Below are positions 49,171 to 58,874 of a DNA stretch of 64,000 nt, in pieces. The translations under genes were made by a program, and so were the position numbers. Source of the stretch: Bryobacterales bacterium (GTDB lineage: Bacteria > Acidobacteriota > Terriglobia > Bryobacterales > UBA6623). Each line of letters starts with the position of its first letter. The stretch's first letter is position 1. Where the stretch lies: contig CBDHHA010000008.1 in the NCBI GenBank assembly GCA_965263255.1, positions 2,945,399 to 3,009,398 on the forward strand, given 5' to 3'. The notes below the pieces were generated by a model, which was not told where the DNA came from, searched no databases, and worked only from the letters and a program-made list of their open reading frames with translations.

Positions 49171-50160
49171 TCAATACCGCTCCATGGACGCTCCGATCGC
49201 GTCAAGGATGCGCTCGCTCTCCTGGACCACGTAGGCATTCGGCTCGCGCTCGATCAGTTCCTGGAGCGGCCCGGCCATGTCCCGGTCGGCGTGGTCGCGG
49301 AGAATCTCGATCGCGTGCGCCCGCATGCCAGGGCTGGGATCCCGCTCCAAGGTCTGCACGAGCGCCCGGCGCACGTCGGGAAGGCGGGCCTGCGCCTGCA
49401 CGGCCTCCAGGGCCTTCAGGCGGACGCCCACGTCCTCGTCCTCGAGCATCGTGCGCAACAGCGCCTCGCGGATCTCGCTATCCGACGCCTGGTCCCGCAA
49501 TGCGTCGAGGGACGTCAGCCGGGCACCGGTGTGGGACTCCTGCACCGTCGTCAGCAGCATCCCGCGGATGAAGGGGTCGGATGAGTCCCCGGAAACGGTC
49601 CGGCGTTCCTCGATCACGATCTGCACCTGGCCGCTGAGCGGGTCCAGGCGGACTGCCTCGATCCCGGTCAGCGCGGGATCACCGGCGGAGGAGATCGCGG
49701 TTCCTCGCACAAGAGGCGCGGCTCCGGTCAATGCGCCGCCCACCTCGGACTCCAGACCCCGGCCGCCCAGGAAACCGGCTAACAGCAGCAACGCAGCAGC
49801 GGCCGGCTGCCAGGCAAATGGCCGGGCGGTCAGCGCAGCCCCCGCCAGCCGCAGGGCGCGCAGGCCGCGCGCGAGCGCCGAACTGGATCTATCCGGTCGG
49901 GGCTCTAGCGCGATGGCCCGATCGAGCCTGGCCCGGCACTCGGCCAGAAGGTCGTCCGGCTCCGGACGGGGCTCCGGGTCCCCGAGCGACTGCAGGAACT
50001 CCTGCTCGTCCCGGAACAATGCCCGGAATGCGGGATCCTCGTCCCGGCAGCGCTCGATCTCGAGCCGCTCCGACGTGCCCAGCTCGCCATACAAGTACAG
50101 CCTGATCCGCTGCCGGAGGAGCTCGCTGTCGATCGGAGCGGCGCCGTCATTCCCGGACAT
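49171..50160 (-). CDS. Putative anti-sigma factor with single TM helix and periplasmic HEAT-like repeats
   Basis: N-terminal 'LRQRIRLYLYGELGTSERLEIERC' is anti-sigma-like. TM segment 'FAWQPAAAALLLLAGFLGG'. HEAT-like 'DVGVRLKALEAV...DPSPGMRAHAIEIL' at the C-terminus. Overlaps the sigma gene by 14 nt. Confidence 0.65.
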   Translation of the reverse strand: MSGNDGAAPIDSELLRQRIRLYLYGELGTSERLEIERCRDEDPAFRALFRDEQEFLQSLGDPEPRPEPDDLLAECRARLDRAIALEPRPDRSSSALARGLRALRLAGAALTARPFAWQPAAAALLLLAGFLGGRGLESEVGGALTGAAPLVRGTAISSAGDPALTGIEAVRLDPLSGQVQIVIEERRTVSGDSSDPFIRGMLLTTVQESHTGARLTSLDALRDQASDSEIREALLRTMLEDEDVGVRLKALEAVQAQARLPDVRRALVQTLERDPSPGMRAHAIEILRDHADRDMAGPLQELIEREPNAYVVQESERILDAIGASMERY

Positions 50161-50806
50161 CGTCCAACTCCTTGCGCAGCTTGCGTGTAGCCCGGAAGAG
50201 GCATTGCTTCGCCGAATCCTCGCTCATCGCGTTGATCTCGCCGATCTCGCGGAGCCGCATGCCTGCGTGATGGCGGAGGGTGAAGACGGCCCGCTCGCGG
50301 TCGGACAGCCTGTCAAGGGCCCGGTCGAGACGTTCCCGCTTCTCGGCGCTGCGAGCCATGCGGTAGGGCGATCCGGTGGGCGCCGCGTCGGCAGCCACGT
50401 CGAGCGGGGAGAGGCCGGCGCCGTCGGTCTCCAGCGCCGTGAATTCCGGCCGGGACTTCCGCCGGCGCAGCAGGTCCAGGCAGGCATTCGTGGCGATCCG
50501 GTAAATCCACGTGCTCAGGCGGCACTGGAACCGGAACTTGTGAAGGTTCCGGTAGACCTTCAGGAAAGCCTCCTGGTAGGCATCCTGCGCATCGTCCGGG
50601 GATCGCATGATCCGCAGTGCGATCCGCAGCACGCTGCGGTCGTAGAGCCGCACCAACTCCGAGAACGCAGCCTGGTCACCGTCCCGGGCAGCTTCGACGA
50701 GCCTCCTTTCGGCTTGGTCGGGCGCGTCCGACTCGAGGCCTAACGGAATTGGTTGGGCATTCGCAAGGTCCACTTCGCCGGATTCCCTCTGATGACTTGG
50801 ACGCAT
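50147..50806 (-). CDS. ECF-type RNA polymerase sigma-70 factor
   Basis: ATG at 50806. Region 2 'FSELVRLYDRSVLRIALRIMRSPDDAQDAYQEAFLKVYRNL' and region 4 'LSDRERAVFTLRHHAGMRLREIGEINAMSEDSAKQCL'. Confidence 0.9.
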   Translation of the reverse strand: MRPSHQRESGEVDLANAQPIPLGLESDAPDQAERRLVEAARDGDQAAFSELVRLYDRSVLRIALRIMRSPDDAQDAYQEAFLKVYRNLHKFRFQCRLSTWIYRIATNACLDLLRRRKSRPEFTALETDGAGLSPLDVAADAAPTGSPYRMARSAEKRERLDRALDRLSDRERAVFTLRHHAGMRLREIGEINAMSEDSAKQCLFRATRKLRKELDDVRE

Positions 50807-50849
50807 GGGAACGAGGAAGGTGACGGCAGAACTCCGGGCTGGCCGGCGG

Positions 50850-51962
50850 TCAGCAGATCCAGCCTCCGCCCAGGACGGCGTCGCCGTCGTAGAAGACGGC
50901 GGCCTGGCCCGGGGTAACGGCCCGCTGAGGCTGCTTGAAGACGACCCGCGCACGGTCGGGCGAGCCCTCGACGGGGTGGATCTCCGCATTTGCGGGGACC
51001 GCCCGGTAGCGGATCTTGACGTGCGCATCCAAGGTCCGGCAGAGCGAGTCGAACGCGATCCAGTTGACGTCCCGAACTTCGAGCTCGGCCCTGAGTAGGG
51101 ACTCTGCGGGGCCAACCACGACGCTCCGGTCAGCCGCCCGGATCTCGGTCACGTAAACGGGCCTGCCGGCGGCGATGCCGAGGCCCTTGCGCTGCCCGAC
51201 GGTGTAGCGGTGGATCCCGTCGTGACGACCGAGGACGTTGCCGTCCTCGGTGACCACGTCGCCGCCCTCCGGGCTGCCGGCGGCTCCCCGCTCCCGCTGG
51301 TAGGCCTCCACGAAGGCGGCGTAGTCCCCGTTCGGAACGAAGCAGATCTCGCGGCTCTCCGCCTTGGCCGCGATATCCAGGCCGAGCTCGGCAGCGAGCC
51401 GGCGCACGTCGGCCTTCAGCATGTCTCCCAGCGGAAAGCGGGCCCGGGCAAGCTGGTCCTGGGTGAGGCCGAACAGGAAGTAGGACTGGTCCCTCGACTC
51501 GTCCCTGCCGCGCAGCAAGAGGTGCCGCCCGCTCTCCGGATCCTTGCGGATGCGCGCGTAATGCCCGGTCGCGACGGTCTCGGCGCCGACCTGGCGGGCG
51601 GTGTCGATGAAACGGTCGAACTTCAGGTAGTTGTTGCAGAGCGTGCAGGGAATGGGCGTCCTGCCGGCCAGGTAGTCGCTAACGAACGGCTCGACGACCT
51701 GCCGCTCGAAACTGTCCTCGTAATTGACCACGTAGTACGGAATGCCCAGTCGCTGCGCGACCCAGCGCGCGTCGTATACGTCGTCCAGCGAGCAGCAGCG
51801 GCCCGACGAGCCCCCCTCGGGAATCAGTTCCGGCATGCGGCGCTGGTTCCACAGCTGCATCGTCATCCCAACGACCGGCCTGGACTCGCGATGCAGCAGT
51901 CCCGCTACAACGGAGGAATCGACCCCGCCGCTCATGGCCACCGCTACCAGCGAGCCGGACAC
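50850..51962 (-). CDS. mnmA: tRNA 2-thiouridine(34) synthase MnmA
   Basis: '[16 protein letters not shown]' PP-loop, plus 'ATGHYAR' and the conserved C-terminal domains. Confidence 0.95.
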   Translation of the reverse strand: MSGSLVAVAMSGGVDSSVVAGLLHRESRPVVGMTMQLWNQRRMPELIPEGGSSGRCCSLDDVYDARWVAQRLGIPYYVVNYEDSFERQVVEPFVSDYLAGRTPIPCTLCNNYLKFDRFIDTARQVGAETVATGHYARIRKDPESGRHLLLRGRDESRDQSYFLFGLTQDQLARARFPLGDMLKADVRRLAAELGLDIAAKAESREICFVPNGDYAAFVEAYQRERGAAGSPEGGDVVTEDGNVLGRHDGIHRYTVGQRKGLGIAAGRPVYVTEIRAADRSVVVGPAESLLRAELEVRDVNWIAFDSLCRTLDAHVKIRYRAVPANAEIHPVEGSPDRARVVFKQPQRAVTPGQAAVFYDGDAVLGGGWIC

Positions 51963-51998
51963 TGCCTCCAGCGTAACCCGGCGCCGAAGCGGGCAGTT

Positions 51999-53789
51999 CT
52001 AGCGCCAGCCGACTTTCCGTCCCGCGTTCTGCTCCTCGAGGTAGGAAACCAGCGGCTCGAAGTACTCCAGCATGGCCTTGGTCGACACTTCGCTGCCCGT
52101 CATCTCGAGCATGACCTCGCGCCAGTCGCGCGTCGCGCCCAAGCTCAGCAGGTTCCACAAGAACGTCCCGACCTCCCGGTTGCCGTAGTAGTTGCAGTCG
52201 CGCGGATCCTGCTTGAGGATGTTCTTCGCGATGTAGGTGTGCAGCTGGTACTTGATCACGAAGGCCATGGCGTAGTCGTAGTACTGCGCCGGGTCGTCCG
52301 TGATGTGGGTCTTCGTGCAGGCGTCGCAGAACTCCTCGCCTCTCTCGCCCGGGGGGGCGATGCCCTGGAACCGTCCGGCATGCTCCCACCAGCGCTTGTT
52401 GAACTCGCTGACGGGCAGTTCTTCGGAGTACAGGTCGTGCTCGAAGAAGGACATGGTCCCGGCCGAGAACGGGATGAAGACCACGGCCTGGTCCAGGGCC
52501 TCGTCCAGCAGCCAGGCAGTCTTGTCAATCTCGGCGTCCCCGTCCAGCAGTCCGATCTCCTTCAGGTAGGCGGGCTGGCGGGCCGCGATTCCGATCAGGT
52601 CGCCGACCGCCTCGTGAAAGGCGCGGTTGGCGCCGCCCCGCAGGGCCAGGGGGACGCCGGCGCTGGTGTAGGCGAGGTAGTAGTAGATGTGCCCGAGCTC
52701 GTGATGCGAGGTCTCGAACCAGCGCCAGTTGTTCTCCACGCTCATCAGCGACCGCACGTCGTTCTCCAGATCGACATGCCAGGCGGACGCGTGGGTGTTC
52801 TTCTTGCGGCCGGAACCCGGTTCCAGCGGGTACAGATCGGACTTGTCGTAGAACGATGGCGGCAGCGGCGGCATTCCCATCGAGGTGTAAAACGCCTCGG
52901 CCTGCTTGACGATCCATTCCGGATCCTTGTCACGGACCAGGCTGTCGAGATCCACGCCCCGGCTCAGGCCGGGCCAGGCCTGGGCCCACCGGTTGCCGAT
53001 CCAGTGAGCGGGAATCATGTCGGGAGGCTCCTGGCGGTAGCGTTCCGCCAGCTCGTGCTTGGCCCATGTGTGGAGCTGCTCGTACAAGGGCCCAAGGTCC
53101 TCGTTGAAGCGCCTCATCATGGACATCATCTCGTCGACCGTCATCCCGTAATCCGCCACCTGGAGCGCGAAGAACGAGTCGAAGCCCATCTCCCTCGCCA
53201 CTTGGTTGCGCAGGTTGCGGAGCCGGTCGATCCCCTGCTTGAGGGCCGGACCGGTCTGCTTGGAGACCTCCCAGATCCTCCGCCTCTCGGCTTCGTCCCT
53301 GGACGTCACCAGCACCTGGTCGATCTGGTTGGGGGTGACAACCTCGACGCAGTTGTCGCCGGCCCGCTCGGCGCAGAACTGGAACGAGTCCAGGATCGCG
53401 CCCTGCTGGGCTTCCTCTGTCACTCGCGCCTCGACAATCTCAGGGACGGTGCCCGGGTGCTCTGCGGCCGACAGCAGCACGCTCTGCAACTGGCGCACGG
53501 TTAGGTCGTCCAGGCTCTCCTTCTCATCCAGCAGGTCCCTGACGGTTTCGATGACCCACGGGTTGCCGCTGAACGAGCCCATCACCTTCTCGGCACCGAT
53601 CCGCTCCCCGACATGCATCTCGGTCACATCCGTCGCCGACTTCCAGTAGGCTTCAGCCGTGATCTTGTACATCTTCTGGATGACGCCATCGTAGATTCGA
53701 AGGAATTCCTCGGCCCGTTCCTGGGGAGGCCGACCGCAGCCGGCAAGAAGCATCACGCACGAGGCACCAGCGAGGGCAACACGTCTCAT
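51999..53789 (-). CDS. M2-family (ACE-like) zinc metallopeptidase, lipoprotein
   Basis: Lipobox 'MLLAGC'. 'SHHELGHIYYY' (HEXXH) and downstream 'FHEAVGD' match the angiotensin-converting-enzyme-like gluzincin pattern. Confidence 0.85.
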   Translation of the reverse strand: MRRVALAGASCVMLLAGCGRPPQERAEEFLRIYDGVIQKMYKITAEAYWKSATDVTEMHVGERIGAEKVMGSFSGNPWVIETVRDLLDEKESLDDLTVRQLQSVLLSAAEHPGTVPEIVEARVTEEAQQGAILDSFQFCAERAGDNCVEVVTPNQIDQVLVTSRDEAERRRIWEVSKQTGPALKQGIDRLRNLRNQVAREMGFDSFFALQVADYGMTVDEMMSMMRRFNEDLGPLYEQLHTWAKHELAERYRQEPPDMIPAHWIGNRWAQAWPGLSRGVDLDSLVRDKDPEWIVKQAEAFYTSMGMPPLPPSFYDKSDLYPLEPGSGRKKNTHASAWHVDLENDVRSLMSVENNWRWFETSHHELGHIYYYLAYTSAGVPLALRGGANRAFHEAVGDLIGIAARQPAYLKEIGLLDGDAEIDKTAWLLDEALDQAVVFIPFSAGTMSFFEHDLYSEELPVSEFNKRWWEHAGRFQGIAPPGERGEEFCDACTKTHITDDPAQYYDYAMAFVIKYQLHTYIAKNILKQDPRDCNYYGNREVGTFLWNLLSLGATRDWREVMLEMTGSEVSTKAMLEYFEPLVSYLEEQNAGRKVGWR

Positions 53790-53880
53790 ACGCTGTATTC
53801 TCCACTATTCCCCGAACTCCCGGGGCCCTTGGCGGGACCGAGCCGGTCCGACCCGCGAGTGAGTCGGGACAGACCGGAGG

Positions 53881-54285
53881 CTAGGGGAGGTTCAGCTGCC
53901 AGCTGACCCCGTACCGGTCCTGGACCCACGCGAAGCGTGCGCTGAATCCGTAGTCACCCAGCGGCATGAGTTCCATCCCCCCGTCCACCAGCCGCGCGTG
54001 GGCCTGGACGAGCTCGGCCTCGGACTCGCATTCGACGTACAGGGAGATGGCCGGAGTGATCGTGAACCGGTGGTCGTAGGCGCTGTCCATTGCCCTCACT
54101 TGGACACCGTTGAGGGAGAACCGGGCGGTCTTGACCATGCCTTCGGGTTCCTCCTCACCGGGACCGTAGCGCTCGATGGACAGAATCTCGGAATTCTCGA
54201 ACACCGACACATAGAAGGCAACCGCCTCCTCGGCCTTGCCCTTCTGGTCGCCGATGAACATGAGGCATGGCGCAAGTCCCTTCAT
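53881..54285 (-). CDS. VOC-family protein (PhnB-like)
   Basis: ATG at 54285 begins 'MKGLAPCLMFIGDQKGKAEEAVAFYVSVFENSEI...YGVSWQLN', the typical PhnB/3-demethylubiquinone-methyltransferase-domain pattern. The track ORF has a 56-codon extension. Confidence 0.8.
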   Translation of the reverse strand: MKGLAPCLMFIGDQKGKAEEAVAFYVSVFENSEILSIERYGPGEEEPEGMVKTARFSLNGVQVRAMDSAYDHRFTITPAISLYVECESEAELVQAHARLVDGGMELMPLGDYGFSARFAWVQDRYGVSWQLNLP

Positions 54286-54661
54286 CACATAAGCGGTATA
54301 GCACGAATCCGGCCTGGAGATCCCGACGCTGCGGCCAGGCTGAGGGGTCCTCGCCGCAGCGGAGACATTGGGCGCTCGCCGCGCAACGCCGAGAGCGCGC
54401 GCCGGCACAGCCCCGGAGAGGCTGCGGGGAACGTCCGGGGCGGGCTCGATCGGCACTCGTCGCGGCGGTCAGGCGGGGCCGCGTACGGAGCGAGGGAGTG
54501 TTGCAGCCCAGGCGGGAAATCCCCTACCCTATATGGAGTAGCGTGCTATCTGCGGAACCGTCGCATCCAGTGGATGATTCCGTCGCGCGCAACGTGGCAC
54601 CCGGCAGCCTCGGTCGCACCAAGCGCCCGCAAACTTGCCTCAGCCAAGGAGAATGCCAGAT

Positions 54662-55804
54662 ATGAACAACCGCGCTTGGTTGGCATTGCCAGCAATCGCT
54701 TTCGTCGTCGGACTGGGCTGCGGGCCAGCCGAGACCGAGGCCCCGGAACCATTGCTGCCGGTCGGCGAAACCGTGATGATCGAGCCCCCGCTCGGCCTCC
54801 CCCCGGTCGCAATCCCGGCGGACAATCCTCCCACGGCGGAGACAATTGCCCTGGGCAGGAAGCTCTACTTCGACAAGGGGCTGTCGATCGACAGCACAAT
54901 CGCCTGCGCCAGCTGCCACCGGCCCGAAGCGGGCTTCGCGGACCCCGACCAGTTCTCGAAGGGCGTCGGGGGCGAGCTGGGCGGGCGCCAGGCGCCGCCA
55001 GTGATGAACGCCGCCTACTTCACGACCCAGTTCTGGGACGGCCGCGCGGCCAGCCTCGAGGAGCAGGCAGGCGGCCCTGTCGAGAACCCGGTGGAAATGG
55101 CCTTCACCCACGAGGGGGTCGAGGAGCGACTTTCCGAGGATCCGGTCTACGTGGAGATGTTCAAGGCCGCGTGGGGCGACAAGCCGATCGCGTTCGAGAT
55201 GGTCGCGAAGTCGATAGCCAGCTTCGAGCGGACCGTCCTCGTGGGCAACTCGCCGTTCGACCGCTACCTCTTCGGCGACGACGAGGAGGCCATGAGCCCG
55301 GAGGCCATACGCGGGCTGGAGATCTTCCGCGACCCCGAGAAGGGCAATTGCGAGGTCTGCCACACCATCAGCGAGGAGGAAGGCTACGCCCTGTTCACGG
55401 ACAACAAGTTCCACAACTTGGGAGTCGGCGCCGAACTCGACGGATCGCTGGCTGACATCGGCCGCTTCGAGCAGACGCAGGCCGAGGGGGACCAGGGGGC
55501 CTTCAAGACCTCCCACCTTCGCAACATCACCGATAGCGGACCCTACATGCACGACGGTCACCTCAAGACCCTCAAGGAGGTGCTCGACTTCTATATCGGC
55601 GCCGGCAACTCCAACGATTTCCGCGACGAGGAGATCAAGGAACTGGATCACCTCACCGCCCAGGAACGGACGGACCTGATCGCGTTCCTCGAGGCCCTCA
55701 CTGGCGAGTACCCGCCGGACACCGGCCCGCCGGACGGCGACATGGCCTACCTCGACGTGCCTGCGGAATCGCTCGCGCGAGGGTGCTTCCGCCCGGCCTT
55801 GTAG
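54662..55804 (+). CDS. Di-haem cytochrome c peroxidase (CCP/MauG family), lipoprotein
   Basis: ATG 54662 with lipobox 'VVGLGC'. Two haem motifs 'CASCH' and 'CEVCH'. 'FWDGRA' and 'PYMHDG' signatures are present. Confidence 0.9.
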   Translation: MNNRAWLALPAIAFVVGLGCGPAETEAPEPLLPVGETVMIEPPLGLPPVAIPADNPPTAETIALGRKLYFDKGLSIDSTIACASCHRPEAGFADPDQFSKGVGGELGGRQAPPVMNAAYFTTQFWDGRAASLEEQAGGPVENPVEMAFTHEGVEERLSEDPVYVEMFKAAWGDKPIAFEMVAKSIASFERTVLVGNSPFDRYLFGDDEEAMSPEAIRGLEIFRDPEKGNCEVCHTISEEEGYALFTDNKFHNLGVGAELDGSLADIGRFEQTQAEGDQGAFKTSHLRNITDSGPYMHDGHLKTLKEVLDFYIGAGNSNDFRDEEIKELDHLTAQERTDLIAFLEALTGEYPPDTGPPDGDMAYLDVPAESLARGCFRPAL

Positions 55805-55813
55805 CCCCGCCCC

Positions 55814-55895
55814 AAGCGGCGTCCCTGCTGTCCGGCGCCGCTTCATCCCAACGCGGACAGCGCTGACAACCCGGACGGGGCCCTCGGCCCCGTCC
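55814..55895 (+). terminator. Two GC-rich hairpins downstream of the peroxidase gene (possible terminator, no U-tract)
   Basis: AAGCGGCG (55814-55821) pairs with CGCCGCTT (55836-55843). GGACGGGGCC (55873-55882) pairs with GGCCCCGTCC (55886-55895) across a 3-nt loop. No T-run follows either hairpin. Confidence 0.35.
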
Positions 55896-55930
55896 CGAAC
55901 GATCCGAGAGAAGGGAGAAGCCCACCCATC

Positions 55931-56761
55931 GTGAACCCGCACGCGCTCGGCCTCGCCTTGATTCTCGGCAGCGGAGCCGTGGGCTTCTCGATGCTCGGCC
56001 AGGGCGGCGGCGTGCTCTACACGCCGATCCAGGTCCTGTTCGGAGTGGACTTCCACACGGCGGTCTTCCAGAGCCTCTGGTTCACGATCCTCACGGCCCT
56101 GCCCGCCACGATCCTGTTCCGCAAGTCGAACCAGGTTGACTGGGCCATGGCCGGAGTCCTCGAGTCGGGCAGCTTCGCAGGGGCTTTTCTGAGCGGATAC
56201 TTCGCCAACCGGCTTCCGGCGCACCTGCTGACGTTCGTGCTGGCAACACTGGTGTTCGCCGCCGGAGTGTCCATGCTTCTCAAGCTCGGCCCTCGCAAGC
56301 CTGCCGGGAAGCGGTCGCGGCTGGAGTGGGAACGGGAGCTAGGCGGGGAGCGGTACCGGGTGCACCTGGGCAAGGCCCTGCCCCTGTCCTGCCTGATCGG
56401 CATCACGTCAGGACTGACAGGGGCCGCAGGCGGCTTCCTTAAGATCCCGATGCTGGTCCGGATGTTCGGCGTGCCGATCAATATTGCCTTCGGCACATCG
56501 GCTCTCATGGTGAGCATCACGGCGGCCGGGGGGCTGCTGGGGCATCTCGCGACGAGCCAGGCCGTGTGGGAAGAACCCTTCCTGCTGAGTGCCTTCGTCT
56601 TGATCGGGTCCCAGATCGGTCCTCGGATCAGCATGCGGTCGAAGCCCGTGACGATGCGAAAGCGTTTCGCGACCTACCTATTCGGACTCGCCTGCCTCGT
56701 CATCGCCAGTTCCTTCGTGAGCACGGACGGCGGCGAGATCGCGCAAGTCCTCTTCGACTGA
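55931..56761 (+). CDS. TauE/SafE-family sulfite/anion exporter
   Basis: Polytopic membrane protein of ~275 aa with duplicated 4-TM halves, the typical TauE pattern. GTG start. Confidence 0.8.
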   Translation: MNPHALGLALILGSGAVGFSMLGQGGGVLYTPIQVLFGVDFHTAVFQSLWFTILTALPATILFRKSNQVDWAMAGVLESGSFAGAFLSGYFANRLPAHLLTFVLATLVFAAGVSMLLKLGPRKPAGKRSRLEWERELGGERYRVHLGKALPLSCLIGITSGLTGAAGGFLKIPMLVRMFGVPINIAFGTSALMVSITAAGGLLGHLATSQAVWEEPFLLSAFVLIGSQIGPRISMRSKPVTMRKRFATYLFGLACLVIASSFVSTDGGEIAQVLFD

Positions 56762-56824
56762 GGGCCGTACCGGCTGGAGCCGCTCCGCCACACGCCGGGC
56801 GAGCGCCCCGGCGCTCAGCGCGGG

Positions 56825-57718
56825 TCAGTTGAAGACCACGAACGGGTGGAAGACCCGGGGAATCACCGCCTGTCCCAGGCAGACAAGCTGCCCGTCTGCG
56901 GTGACTGCCTTGATGAAGTGCGCGTCCCGGCACTTCCCGAAGGGGCTGACCCGAAAGTCCCTCCCGTGGCGGATCAGCGCCGCTTCGTCGCGACCGACCC
57001 GGTGGACGGGTATCTCGGGAAGGAGATCGAGCGGGGAGAGGACAGCACGGTCAAGCGTCCCGCTCTCGCTCAGCCCCTGCAGATCCTCGATCGTGCGGGC
57101 ATCTTCCAGGGAGAACTCACCGACGCGTGTCCGCCGGAGCGACGCGACGTGCGCGCCGCAACCCATCAGTTGCCCGATAGCGTGCGCCAGCGACCGGATG
57201 TACGTCCCGGTCGAGCAGAAGCAGCGAATCGTCGCCGTCGACTCGCTGACATCCACTAGCTCCAGCTCGTAGATCTCAACCTCGACCGGATCCGGCTCCA
57301 CCGGCGCCTCGCTCCGGGCTAGCTTGTACGCCCGGACACCGTCGATCTTCTTCGCGGAGACGGGCGGAGGCACCTGGCTGATGACCCCGCGGAACCCTTC
57401 CAGCAGCCCTTCGACATCGGAGGCGTCGATGCTGGCCTCTACAGGGTCACCGAGCGGCTCGCCGTCCTGGTCGTAAGTGTCGGTAGCCCAGCCGAACCGG
57501 ATCCCCGCCACGTACTCGCGCTTGTGCCCGAGGTAGAACTGCGCCAAGCGGGTGGCACGGCCTACAAGCATCGGCAGCACGCCCGTACCCAGCGGGTCCA
57601 GCGTGCCTACGTGCCCGACCTTCGCTCCCCCCAGCAGGCCACGGACCTTTCGCACTGCGGCGAACGAAGTGATGCCGGCAGGCTTGTCCAGGATGACCGC
57701 ACCGTCCATCCACCTCAT
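56825..57718 (-). CDS. truB: tRNA pseudouridine(55) synthase TruB
   Basis: 'GAVILDKPAGITSFAAVRKVR...KVGHVGTLDPLGTGVLPMLVGRATRL' contains the catalytic Asp motif. Confidence 0.95.
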   Translation of the reverse strand: MRWMDGAVILDKPAGITSFAAVRKVRGLLGGAKVGHVGTLDPLGTGVLPMLVGRATRLAQFYLGHKREYVAGIRFGWATDTYDQDGEPLGDPVEASIDASDVEGLLEGFRGVISQVPPPVSAKKIDGVRAYKLARSEAPVEPDPVEVEIYELELVDVSESTATIRCFCSTGTYIRSLAHAIGQLMGCGAHVASLRRTRVGEFSLEDARTIEDLQGLSESGTLDRAVLSPLDLLPEIPVHRVGRDEAALIRHGRDFRVSPFGKCRDAHFIKAVTADGQLVCLGQAVIPRVFHPFVVFN

Positions 57719-57719
57719 T

Positions 57720-58778
57720 CTACGGGCCGTCCCCGGACAGCCGGCCGCTCCCGTCCAGCAGGGCGCGGGCAGCCAGAACGACCCGTTCCGCGGGGACGCC
57801 TGTCATGCAGGGATGGCCCTCCACCGTGCACTCGCGCAGCAAGCACGGCGAGCACTCCACGGGCTCCCGGACGATCGTAGCCCAGGGTGCGGCCGGCCCT
57901 GTAGCCTCGGAATCCGTGGCCCCGAAGACGGCCACTGTCGGGACGCCAAGCGCCGCGGCAACATGCATGGAACCGGAATCATTGGTCAGGTACAGGCTGC
58001 ACGTGGACGCTAGGTCCAGGTACTCGGAGAGTGTCGTCTTGCCGGCAAGCGAGGTCGATCGTCCGCCCGCCCGGCGGGCCACTTGGGTCGCCAGAGGGGC
58101 CTCGGATCGCGACCCGAAAACGGCGACGTGCGAACCCGCCTCGCTAGCGAGGACACGGGCCGCCTCGGCAAAGCGCTCCGGGATCCAGCGCTTGGCGGAA
58201 CCGAAGGCCGCGCCCGGGCTGACGCCGATCCACGGGCCTCGCGGCAGGCCGCGGCGCGCCCACTGGGCCGCGCCCCGTTGCCGGCGATCCGACAATCCCT
58301 CGAGCCGCGCCTGCGTGTCGTCGGGAATGCGCTGGATCAGGCCCGCTCGCAGGAGGAGTTCCAAGTAGTAGAAGCGCTGGTGGGCCGGAATCTCCCCGCT
58401 TGCGGGTCGCGCGATCCGATCGGTGAGCAGCAGCCCGCGTCCGTCCCGGTCGTATCCGATCCGTTCGGGAATCCCCGCTCTCCACGCAATCCAGGCAGCG
58501 TCGAAGGCATTCTGGAGCAGGATCGCCCGGTCGAACCCTCGCCCGCGTAGATCCCTCGCCAGGCGCTCGCGCCCGAGGACGCCGCGATGCTCTGCATCGC
58601 TCCGGTACAGCACCACCTCGTCGCAGAACGGCTCCCCTGCGTAGAGCTCGGCCACCCAAGGACGGGCAAGGATGGTCACGCGCCATCCGTCATGGACCCT
58701 CCGGATCTCGCGTAAGGCCGGGATTGACATCACGGCGTCCCCGATCCAGTTGGTCGCGCGTACGAGCAGCTTCCGCAT
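57720..58778 (-). CDS. waaF: Lipopolysaccharide heptosyltransferase II (GT9)
   Basis: 'MRKLLVRATNWIGDAVMSIPALREIR' and 'LYLTNDSGSMHVAAALGVPTVAVFG' are glycosyltransferase family 9 motifs. Confidence 0.85.
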   Translation of the reverse strand: MRKLLVRATNWIGDAVMSIPALREIRRVHDGWRVTILARPWVAELYAGEPFCDEVVLYRSDAEHRGVLGRERLARDLRGRGFDRAILLQNAFDAAWIAWRAGIPERIGYDRDGRGLLLTDRIARPASGEIPAHQRFYYLELLLRAGLIQRIPDDTQARLEGLSDRRQRGAAQWARRGLPRGPWIGVSPGAAFGSAKRWIPERFAEAARVLASEAGSHVAVFGSRSEAPLATQVARRAGGRSTSLAGKTTLSEYLDLASTCSLYLTNDSGSMHVAAALGVPTVAVFGATDSEATGPAAPWATIVREPVECSPCLLRECTVEGHPCMTGVPAERVVLAARALLDGSGRLSGDGP

Positions 58779-58874
58779 GAGCGGCAGCCTCCAGCATAGC
58801 GGTATCGGCCTGGGCCGGAACCGGGGACGGAACCGGGGACGGGCCAGCGCGCACGGGCGGTTAGAATCGTTGCA

